NCBI GenBank assembly: GCA_051294905.1
Contig: CM119371.1
Location: 4,404,001-4,468,000 of the forward strand
Length of the DNA stretch: 64,000 bases
Direction of reading: 5' to 3'
Source of the DNA: Botryllus schlosseri
Lineage: Eukaryota
Below the pieces are notes generated by a model. It was not told the origin of the DNA and ran no database searches. It worked only from the letters and a program-made list of their open reading frames with translations. The translations under genes and the position numbers were made by a program. Shown here piece after piece: positions 25,926-36,100 of this stretch; within the stretch, counting starts at the first letter, position 1; each line of letters begins with the position of its first letter.

Positions 25926-28900
25926 TGTAACCGCAGAAATTTCAGGCCTAATCTGGGTACACGACGTAGCACTGTCAGCTGTCTTCGCTCCGGTTGAAAC
26001 TTAAACACGCGTCTTCTTGGGTGAAGTACGGTTTTTAATGATCCAAATTCCCAGCGACTATACAACTGACCAAATAATTTATAACAATCCAAATTCTTAA
26101 TACAAACAAATAATACGAATTAAAATAACATGAAAGCCAAATAGAACCCTAAATACGATAATACGCATCCTAAACTAAACGATTTGAGTCAAACAATAAT
26201 ATGCGACCAATACCATGCAGTGCGCCACGTGAAGTGATATATTCGAGGCGCCAAAACCATCATTCATGCGTCATAGAAAGAATCATTGGTCCATTGCGAA
26301 GGTGGAATTCTGCGGCAACACCCTCACCCCCAAAAATGGGAAATTTATTACAATAAATTTATACACATTTTTTCACAGGTGAAACAACAACTTCCCAAAA
26401 CCATGCGAGAAAACAAATACAACAAAGCAACGAATCAATTAAATTGTATTGAGACAAAGTGTCACTCGTGTCACTCATGGCATTGTGACGCAATCAATAA
26501 CGGAAACACGTACTGTAGTAAACAACGAGTGCCGTTGTAAACAATGGGTTCCACAGCAGTAAATAACCATTAACCAAACACCGAGTATTGAAGTTATTGG
26601 ACAAGCGACGTTCTAGTGAATGGATTGATATCATGTTGACGAGCTCTGAATAAGCACCAACTTAGTAATGGGCCTCTCAAGCTCAGAATTTTTTGTTTTG
26701 ATACGAACCGACCTTACCAGGTCGTCTTTGCCAGGAAATAGTTGTGTGACACGGCCCAGAAGCCATGCATTTCGGGGCAGGTTATCGTCCATGATTAGGA
26801 CAATATCATCGATTTTTAGGTTACATTTACCATCAATCCATTTGGGCCGTTTTGCTGGAAGATTTGACATTTGCTGCGACTCTGGCTGTCGCTGCCGTTT
26901 ACGACATATCACGCAATCATATATTATTTTTCTCAATTTGGGCTGAGGGCGCACAATCCAATATTTTTTACGAACCATTCCCAAGACATGCTCACGACCC
27001 GAATGTCCTGATAATCTGTGATGCCATTCAAAAATGGCGGAAGCAATCCTGCTATCTCTTGGCACTACAATCTGGTGTTGATTTTCATAAGCAATGGGGG
27101 CTTCCATTATTCTGCCACCAACCCGCAGTAACCCATTTTCTATAAAAGGCTTCAACCTGTACAAAGTACTTGCAGGTCTGAGATTTTGACCATTTGCAAT
27201 CGCATGCATTTCTGCAGCATAAAATTTAGCTTGCTCATGTTTGATAATTTCTCTTTCCGAACGCAACACTTCATCTGTTGTTAATAGCCCTGCAGGGAGC
27301 GATTCATTACCGCCAGATGTTCCTCTAACCTTAGAGAGCAACCTATCTTTGTATCGTAACACCCAAGCAATCACCTTCTTGAGTTTGAACCAATTACAAT
27401 GTTTTTTTATTGCCTCATCCATGAATTCAATGCCAGGTGTAGGAACATCGCTCACTACAGTTGCAAGACATGTCTTTTCAGTTTTTACTTTATCAATTAC
27501 GTCTGAACACATTTCACAGACACTGTCTGTGCTGACCTTTGTAAAGTTGCAGCTGACGGGCAATTTTCCATTGCCCTTTATTTCACTTCTCTCACACGCC
27601 ACCGCCCAACCAATCAATGTGCGAACGGCATAGAAATCTGCCGGCCCATCAACCACTTCTCTTGGTCGATGAATACTTCTATTATCAAAGCCGATTAACA
27701 ATTCAACATCACAGTCCACATCAGGAATTTCAATTCCATCGAACTCAGGAAAATCTTGGATATCTTCCTGGAGTGGCATTTCATATTTGCCCAAAGGTAT
27801 CTCTTCGGTAGATACCAGCGTTGAAAGGGACACCCAATCATTACCATTATATGCCGATACTTCTACATTGTCAATCAGAGTTTCTGTTTTGTGGGAACCA
27901 ACGCCATTGAGAGTTTTTACAGCCACGCTGACATCCCTACCTTTAGCACTAATTCTTTCCAGCAATGAATGTGTAATGAATGAATTTCTACTTGCTCCAT
28001 CAAGCAACGCTTTGGTGGTAAAAATGTTTCCACCACTGCCGACACGCACTTTTACCGGCAACCCAGGCAATAATGCACCTGCTTCCTTTTGAATACTGCT
28101 AGCAAAACTACTCGTCGTTTTGTCAGATTCCGAATTTTGTTCCGATTTAATCAATTGAATTGGCTTATGACTTTGGGAAGGATTGTTATCAGGTGGATGA
28201 AGTAATGTAGTGTGCTTACCGAAACATTTTGCCTGAGAGCACGGCTTTTTACGATAACATTCTTTACTGAAATGCCCTGCTTGAAGACACGAAAAACACA
28301 GCTTGTTTTGCTGAACAAAATTATGCCTTTGTTCAAAATTCATTGCTCGAAAGATATTGCATTGGTTGAGAAAATGAGTTTGCTTACATTGCGGACAACA
28401 TGATGCAGTTGTACTCTCCATCTGTGTAGCAAAACTGGTTTTGCTTCCTTTAGGATTAACAAACCTTTCGTTACTCAAGGACCAATTTATTTTAGGCTTT
28501 GTTTCCAACTCTCGAGATTTCTTTCGAATGTAATTTGACAAGTCAAGCATGGTCAATTTTTCCCTTTTTACATTCACAATATTATCCACAATGGATCTCC
28601 ATCCACTTCTCCATCCTTCCGGCAATCTATCCTCAACTTTGTCAATTACCATAATGTTGTCAATTTCATGCAAACTATTTGTGCCCATTAAAGTTTCTCT
28701 GCATGAAACCAGTTTCGCCCAAAACATTGCCAAACCATCCCTATCGTTTTCAGAAAAACGAGGACCTCCAAGTATGGACTCGAGGCAACAGCGACTGATT
28801 TGATGTTCTTGCCCATAATTTTCATTCAATATTTTCCATGCCTTATCAAAGCATGAGTGTGAATCAGCATGCAAACAACCTTTGATCAATACATGCGGGA

Positions 28901-30639
28901 CACCCTTTGTATACTTCATTAGATATTGAAGCCTATGTTGTTGTGTTAACGCATATGGCTCTACTAAAGAATTGAAAGCCATTTTAAAATCATAAAAATC
29001 ACTGGCGTTTCCTGTAAAGATGGGAGGTTCCGTGAGGGGTAATAAAGAAGGTTGGGGAACTTGGGCATACATAACCTTGGGCTCCGAATTACTGATATTG
29101 TTTTTAGGAGCAAGGAAACAAGCTTCAGCATTGGCTGGTGTCGAAATAAGAGCAGCGGGTTTAGGTCCCCGTTCATATTTTGGTAACTTAGTAGGTTCAC
29201 TACGGCCCTGCAAACAAGGGCTATCAAAATCAATCAGATCTAGCACCGAGTTAACAGTATTTGAACCCAAAGGTTGCGAACTACCTGGAATGGATGGACA
29301 ATTAAACTGAGGAATGAATTCGATGGCAGTTTCCTGCTTGACTACAGGACTCAGTCTAGTACTAAAAATTGATTGTCGGGTTTCTAGGGACTGAGGAACA
29401 AAAGGAATTTGAACGTCGGTGCGATTCATACCTGAAACATTAACAGTAGGAAGCTCAAAACCAAGCACCTTTCTCTCTGCGCGAGTTTCCTCAAGCGCAG
29501 ATGCGATTTCGAATTGGTCCCTCTGATGCCTCATACTGAGTTCATCGATCTCTCGTTGTCTAATGCGTCTCAAGGTTTCAACCTCGGACTTGTTTTCCCG
29601 TTCGAGTTCTTCTGCTTCGAGCTTTTGCTGTCGAGCAATTTCTTCCCGTCTTGATTTAATCTTTTCAAGCATTTCTTCTTCTTCACGATGATGCCGCAAC
29701 ATGAGTTGCTGTTTTTCCAGAATATGACGTTGTGAGGATGAAGCAGATCTGGCCTCCAGAACCGCTTCTTGTTGCATCAATGTCATACCCACATCTGAGG
29801 TAGACATTGTTGAGCCTGAGCCATGTGATTGAGTAACATGACTTTTTGATTTAATACTCGATCGACTGCCAACCTTTGCCTTTGATCTGGTAGTCATCAT
29901 ATGTAGATTGTCTTTGGTTAGCAATGCACTTTTGGCGCTTCTTTTCACATGACGCGAAACCATGCCAGCAGACACACAACTCGAACTTGTTCTAGTCTTT
30001 GTTTTGTTCAAGTTGTTTTTTGGCTGTGCTGCAGCTCCTATCGCGCCATAAGCTTTGGCTTGCGTTGCTAATTGTTGAATCGGGCCTTCCATATTATCTT
30101 CGGATAACACCAGGGCGTCAATTCCACGTTGATTTGATGCTAGTTGATTGGAGACCGCAACATCTTTCAACAGCTCCATTATGAAATATCCTTTGTCGTT
30201 TAGTGCAACGTTTCGTTTGATGCGATGTGATCATTAAAAACTTGTGTAACCGCAGAAATTTCAGGCCTAATCTGGGTACACGACGTAGCACTGTCAGCTG
30301 TCTTCGCTCCGGTTGAAACTTAAACACGCGTCTTCTTGGGTGAAGTACGGTTTTTAATGATCCAAATTCCCAGCGACTATACAACTGACCAAATAATTTA
30401 TAACAATCCAAATTCTTAATACAAACAAATAATACGAATTAAAATAACATGAAAGCCAAATAGAACCCTAAATACGATAATACGCATCCTAAACTAAACG
30501 ATTTGAGTCAAACAATAATATGCGACCAATACCATGCAGTGCGCCACGTGAAGTGATATATTCGAGGCGCCAAAACCATCATTCATGCGTCATAGAAAGA
30601 ATCATTGGTCCATTGCGAAGGTGGAATTCTGCGGCAACA
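25926..30639 (-). mobile_element. BEL/Pao LTR retrotransposon, internally deleted
   Basis: Apparently identical 395-bp LTRs (25926-26320, 30245-30639), TGT..ACA ends, 5-bp TSD GTGTC, PPT GGGGGTGAGGG. Confidence 0.95.
26631..30179 (-). CDS. BEL/Pao gag-protease-partial integrase polyprotein (1182 aa), lacking RT/RNase H and the integrase DDE core
   Basis: Three Cys/His knuckles (CPQCKQTH..C, CFSC...GH..EC, C...C.GKH..LLH), ALLDGAS protease motif, LRVGGR, HHCC, C-terminal W..GR....PG.D..VR.V...RPITKL. Confidence 0.9.
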   Translation of the reverse strand: MELLKDVAVSNQLASNQRGIDALVLSEDNMEGPIQQLATQAKAYGAIGAAAQPKNNLNKTKTRTSSSCVSAGMVSRHVKRSAKSALLTKDNLHMMTTRSKAKVGSRSSIKSKSHVTQSHGSGSTMSTSDVGMTLMQQEAVLEARSASSSQRHILEKQQLMLRHHREEEEMLEKIKSRREEIARQQKLEAEELERENKSEVETLRRIRQREIDELSMRHQRDQFEIASALEETRAERKVLGFELPTVNVSGMNRTDVQIPFVPQSLETRQSIFSTRLSPVVKQETAIEFIPQFNCPSIPGSSQPLGSNTVNSVLDLIDFDSPCLQGRSEPTKLPKYERGPKPAALISTPANAEACFLAPKNNISNSEPKVMYAQVPQPSLLPLTEPPIFTGNASDFYDFKMAFNSLVEPYALTQQHRLQYLMKYTKGVPHVLIKGCLHADSHSCFDKAWKILNENYGQEHQISRCCLESILGGPRFSENDRDGLAMFWAKLVSCRETLMGTNSLHEIDNIMVIDKVEDRLPEGWRSGWRSIVDNIVNVKREKLTMLDLSNYIRKKSRELETKPKINWSLSNERFVNPKGSKTSFATQMESTTASCCPQCKQTHFLNQCNIFRAMNFEQRHNFVQQNKLCFSCLQAGHFSKECYRKKPCSQAKCFGKHTTLLHPPDNNPSQSHKPIQLIKSEQNSESDKTTSSFASSIQKEAGALLPGLPVKVRVGSGGNIFTTKALLDGASRNSFITHSLLERISAKGRDVSVAVKTLNGVGSHKTETLIDNVEVSAYNGNDWVSLSTLVSTEEIPLGKYEMPLQEDIQDFPEFDGIEIPDVDCDVELLIGFDNRSIHRPREVVDGPADFYAVRTLIGWAVACERSEIKGNGKLPVSCNFTKVSTDSVCEMCSDVIDKVKTEKTCLATVVSDVPTPGIEFMDEAIKKHCNWFKLKKVIAWVLRYKDRLLSKVRGTSGGNESLPAGLLTTDEVLRSEREIIKHEQAKFYAAEMHAIANGQNLRPASTLYRLKPFIENGLLRVGGRIMEAPIAYENQHQIVVPRDSRIASAIFEWHHRLSGHSGREHVLGMVRKKYWIVRPQPKLRKIIYDCVICRKRQRQPESQQMSNLPAKRPKWIDGKCNLKIDDIVLIMDDNLPRNAWLLGRVTQLFPGKDDLVRSVRIKTKNSELERPITKLVLIQSSST

Positions 30640-30883
30640 GTGTCTACCTTCTCTTCATTTCCGCTAGTAATTATTTCGTGCGTTTGTCTATCTGTTAGTT
30701 CATCATTCTGGTGTAGGGCGTTCTGAGAGTAGCATGTGTTTCCTGATTAACTTCTGTTTTAACGTTTATATTCTTTGTAGCATAGTCTACACTTTTAGTG
30801 AATAAAAGCCTAGAAAGCCGTATATCTATTGGTGGGTTTTCCTCGCAAGCTCACAACAATTTTATTCACTAAATCTGAAGATC

Positions 30884-31651
30884 ATGGCTGGTTCTCAGGA
30901 AAAGTATATTCGAGTGCCAATACTCGAAATCCTTCCAAGTTCTCCGGATTCCCTAAAGGTCTTCAATCACTGGGAAAAGATGCTCAACAATTTTATCACT
31001 GCAGTTGAGACTTCGAATACGCCACCTCCTAACTCTGGTGAAAACCCTCCCGCACCTGTCATCGATAAGTTGGCGATCCTTACAGGGTATGTGTCTCCCG
31101 ACGTCTATTCATTGTTCGAACAGCTAGATACCTTCACGGCAGCAATGGACCTGCTTAGATCCAGGTATCGAAAGAAAAAGAACGTCATTTATGCAAGGCA
31201 TCTGCTGGCCATTGCGAAACAAGATCCAGGCAAATCTATCACCGAGTTCTCACAGGATTTGCTCATGCTTGCTCGTGATTGTTCGTTCGAGAATGTATCG
31301 GCGGACCAGCACAGACAAGAAGCCGTACGGGATTCACTAATTACTGGTCTACACTCGTCAGCTATTCGTCTGCGCTTACTCGAACATGACGATTTGACGC
31401 TGGAAAAGGCCATTAAAATTGCAGAGTGTCTGGAACAGGCACAGAAGTTTTCTAGTTCCTACGAGCCGCAGAGTCAACCTGTTCTGAATGTCAACAGCGA
31501 TCAATCTGCTATTAGTTCCAATTTATCGGCGTTCAAGAGCGATGTGCCTGCCGCGAATATATTGAAGAAGAAGTGCTTTTTCTGCGGAGAAATTCACGAA
31601 TGAACACGGAAATCCTGTCCCGCGAAAGATGTTTCATGCTTTCATTGTGGC
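30884..31651 (+). pseudogene. gag: Gypsy #2 gag (in-frame TGA at 31601-31603 inside the zinc-knuckle region)
   Basis: ARH.L...KQ..G.S and RD..I.GL motifs; CFFCG..H..*..CPA...CFHCG..GHYAKVC; same frame as pol. Confidence 0.9.
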
Positions 31652-33150
31652 GTGCGGGGACACTATGCGAAAGTGTGCAGATTGCGTATCGGAGGAGAAC
31701 CTGCTGCCTCGTTGAACTCGTTAGTCTCTGGTTCGGCACTTGCTGGAATACCCGACTCTCTTCGGTATTCTTGCCTCGACGTCTCCGTTGCGCAATATAA
31801 CGTGAAGGCTTTGATAGATTCCGGTGCTTATGAATGCTATATCAGTGAATCCCTATCGAAATTCCTCGGTCTTCGCCCGTTTGGTCGCAAGTACTCCATC
31901 ACACTTGCAGAGAAGAACTCCGTAACAACTGTTCTCGGGTGCATTGAAGCTTCACTCGAGATACCGGGGTGTAATTACGGCAAAGTCAAATTCAGAGTCG
32001 TTAAAGATCTCATTGCTGATGTGATCCTGGGATTGGAATTCATGAAGCAGCATGGCAAAGTTGTATTTGAATTTGGCGGACCATCGAAGGATCTCATCAT
32101 TTCGAATGGTTTACATTGCGCCGTAGCAGCTGCGAGAGTATCCGCACCTCCTCAAATATTCAAATTCGTCGACCCTGAAGTGCGACCCGTAGCTGTCAAA
32201 TCAAGAAATTATAGTTCAGATGACCGGAAATTCATTGCGAGTGAGTTGTCGAAACTGCTGCGTGACGGTGTAGTAGAACGTTCCGTGTCTCCCTGGCGAG
32301 CCCAGGTCTTGGTAACGAAAGATTTTCGGCACAAGAAGAGGTTAGTAATCGATTACTCACAGACCATCAATAGGTTTACTCCTCTGGGTGCATACCCTTT
32401 GCCCAAAATAGAGAACATCGTGAACGACGTGGCGAAAGGAATGGTATATAGCACCATTGATTTAAAATCTGCTTACCACCAAGTACCGCTATCTGTATCC
32501 GATAGGCCATATACTGCATTTGAAGCTGGTGGATCGTTGTATCAATTTTGTCGTCTCCCTTTCGGGATAACCAATGGTGTAGCTGCGTTTCAGCGGTTCA
32601 TTGATAAATTCATTGCTGAGCACAAACTAAATGGTACTGTTGCCTACCTCGATAACGTCACGATTTATGGGGAAAACCAGAAAGACCATGATGAAAGGCT
32701 TCAAGCCTTCATGTCTGCTGCGACAAATTGGGGATTGACTCTCAATAAAGATAAATGTCTGTTGTCCGTGTCAAAACTCTCATTACTTGGACATTTAATA
32801 TCACATAACACAATTCAGCCAGATCCTGATCATCTTAAACCATTACTCGACATGCCAGTTCCTAACGACAATCGCAGTTTGAAACGTTTCATGGGGATGA
32901 TGGCTTACTATTCAAAGTGGATCCCCTCTTTCTCGGGGAAAATCAAACCATTATGTCAAAATTGCGAATTCCCGTTGATTGGCATTCAGCTGGAAGCCAT
33001 TAATACTCTGAAAACGGACTTATTACGGGCCTGTCTAAGTTGTATTTATGACGATGAGCCTTTCCAAGTCGAATGTGATGCTTCAGACCACGACATCGGG
33101 GCCATTCTGAGCCAACGGGGCAGACCAGTCGCCTTTATGTCCCGAACGTT
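31652..33150 (+). pseudogene. pol: Gypsy #2 pol, 5' part (protease, RT, start of RNase H)
   Basis: LIDSGA, RLVIDYS, IDLKSAYHQ, LPFG, YLDN and ECDASD motifs. Confidence 0.95.
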
Positions 33151-36100
33151 AGTAGTTATGTAGATCGGTCGTGAGGTGGCAGGGGTTCTTATGGGCCCGC
33201 TGGTGACTCGCCGCGAAACTCGTGTTGGTGATTCGCCCTTTTCGACCCCCCCTTCCGCTGGTGATTCGCCATGTGTTCTTATGGGTGCGGCCGTGATTCG
33301 CCTTTTTTGCTATAGGCTGCGTCGGTGACTCGCCGCGAAAACTCGTGTTGGTGACTCGCCTTTTTTACTATAGGCGGTGGCGGTGATTCGCCTGTCATGT
33401 ATTCTTACGCGGTCTCTGGTGACTCGCCATGTGTTCTTATGGGTGCGGTCGTGATTCGCCCTTTCAGGTATAGCTCGTGGCGGTGACTCGCCGTGAAAAC
33501 TCGTGGTCGTGACTCGCCTTTTTTGCTATAGGCGGTGGCGGTGATTCGCCTGTCATGTATTCTTCAGATCGGGTTATTCGCACCTTGTATACCGCTGTTT
33601 CGCACCTACAGAATAGTCTGCTGTTCACAGTCGTGACTTCACCGCGATAGCACAATATTCGCAGGTAATATTTCCGCAATAAGTTTGTCACAGAACCGTT
33701 GCACAATATCCGCGTTCACAAACTAACACTCCAAAAAGGTGTGAAATATTGGTAAAATCCCGCGATCGCTCACAAGATAATACCTAAGACATAACCATCG
33801 CTTGCGACTCGCTGTTACATACATGCCGATCGTTGACAATGTAATATTTTGGTAATTGGTTTGCCACAGAGCCGGCGTAGACGGTGATTCAAATATCAAC
33901 AATAGCCGCGTTCACAAACCAACACTTCAAAAACGTGTGAAATAGGTTACAAATCCCACGATCGCTCACAAGATAACACCAAAGACATCACCATTTCTCG
34001 CGTCTTGTCATTACATACATCCCAATCGCTACAGTGTAATGTGTCGATGGTTGTTACTATCAAGTAATAAGTAATGAATAACAGTACCAGCGCAGACCGT
34101 GATTCGAAAACCAACAATTTGACACTTGCCCGCGATCGCTATATGTTTCATGCCTCTCGAATAGTGGGTGACTTTAGTTGCGTGATAAGATCCATGAAAA
34201 TATTCAATCAATGTGTTAGTTTGTCAACTTGAAATGTAACTCACTACACAGATCAAGTTGAATCGTATTTGAATGTATTGACTCGACCCAACTCAAATCC
34301 TTTGACAAATCCTATTAACGCAATCTGTTGAATCGAACGTAACCTGAATATTACTGACACCAACATTCACCCACATCGGATCATTCACACATTCCACGCC
34401 GCTGTTTTAACAGTTATAGAATCAATACCAACTATCTCTAACCCGATAATATTCAATCATTTTGGTAATTTACCAACTTTAAATCCATTCGCGGATGTAC
34501 TAAAGGTAAATCCAGATAATCCAAAATGAAATATTTGGACTTTGACATAGTCTGAATTGAAATAGATTGACAAACATGACTTACAACTTTCAACCCAGTC
34601 ATATTTAGAGATTATACACACATTGATTCGAAACAAGTAATGAAACATTACAACTCTATTCGCGATCCGGCTTTTCAATTGCCAAAGCGACATTTTAACA
34701 TCTTACCATACTCAAAAGAATTATTCACAACATTAACAAGTGTTAAATATCTAGTTTTCACTTACTTGATTATATCACTACAACTCACAAACTTGAATTA
34801 ATTCATCCTGGTTGTATTCATATGACCGATAATTTTTTATTCAACTGTAAAGGTCGTTACTATTCTGTAAAACAAAGTATTTACTAATCGGTCCATATAC
34901 GACTTGACATAAACCTATTACATTTTGAATATACGATATTTGAATGTCTGAACAATAACTGAGAAATAATTATCACAAGTGAATCCATATACGACAGCGT
35001 AAAAGATATTGGAATGTCAGCAACTCTTCACGGTCGTAGTTACTACCACATTAACTAATTTACCCGACCAACTCGTCATGATCATTCCTGAAATCAACAC
35101 AAACATGCCCCTGTCTTCAGTTACCACAAAACAGCATCAAGTTTTAAATCCACTTGTAGCTGATGGATTATTTGATTGCATCGATAGAGAATATTATTGA
35201 ACTCGTCGGTATTGTTACTACAACAAATTTTCGCTTACACCGACTGCGAAAGTTAATATCGAATGGTAAGTCTTGACCGCATATTTGTTGAACACAGACA
35301 TGACAAAGAACATTACCGAGATTTTATAAACTAGTCATATTACTTTTCACATCTATCAATATCAGAATACAAGTAATCAAACTTTTTGTTAAATGTAACA
35401 TAGCACTTTTGGAATCGGATTCGTTATAGTCATACAAATTGTATTAAATCCAACATCAAAACAAAAGGAATTTTTTTAGTTTATTGAAATCAAATCATTC
35501 GTCTTCGACTTGTGCTTTTCTAGATTGCACGCAACAATTCGTTACGAATGAGCTGTAACCAAAGTTAAGAATTCTTTGTGTCCACAGATATAGAAGATGA
35601 ATATAGCTAACACAATCACGAATCGACGTTTCAGAGTATTTCACGGATGTAATAAACTTGTTAGTGTGGCCTATCTAAAAGTATGCATGCGTTCGATTTC
35701 CATACCGACTGTTGCGATGTTTAGGATTCGCTTACAATGACCAAGAGTGAGGATTTAACATCAATGTCGTTACTGGAGGTATTCACAACAGAGAATCGAA
35801 ACATTACACAGTGTGAAAATATATCTTTGATATCAAAGCACTATCCCAAGTACACGATTAATACTCAACTCCGTTCACACTTTCTATAGAACGTGCTAAA
35901 TGTAAAATATCACGAGGTTGCACTCTAAGACTTTGATCATTACAAAAGTAAATTGAATATGTTTGCTCGACGCATTCAATTCAACTAGAAATGTCTAGTG
36001 CACAACAATCGTAATATTAAGGAAGTACTTGCTACACTGTAATTCACTAAACGTGTTTTGCATTGTTGTTCATTTGTAGCATTGATTGAAATTGTTTTTT

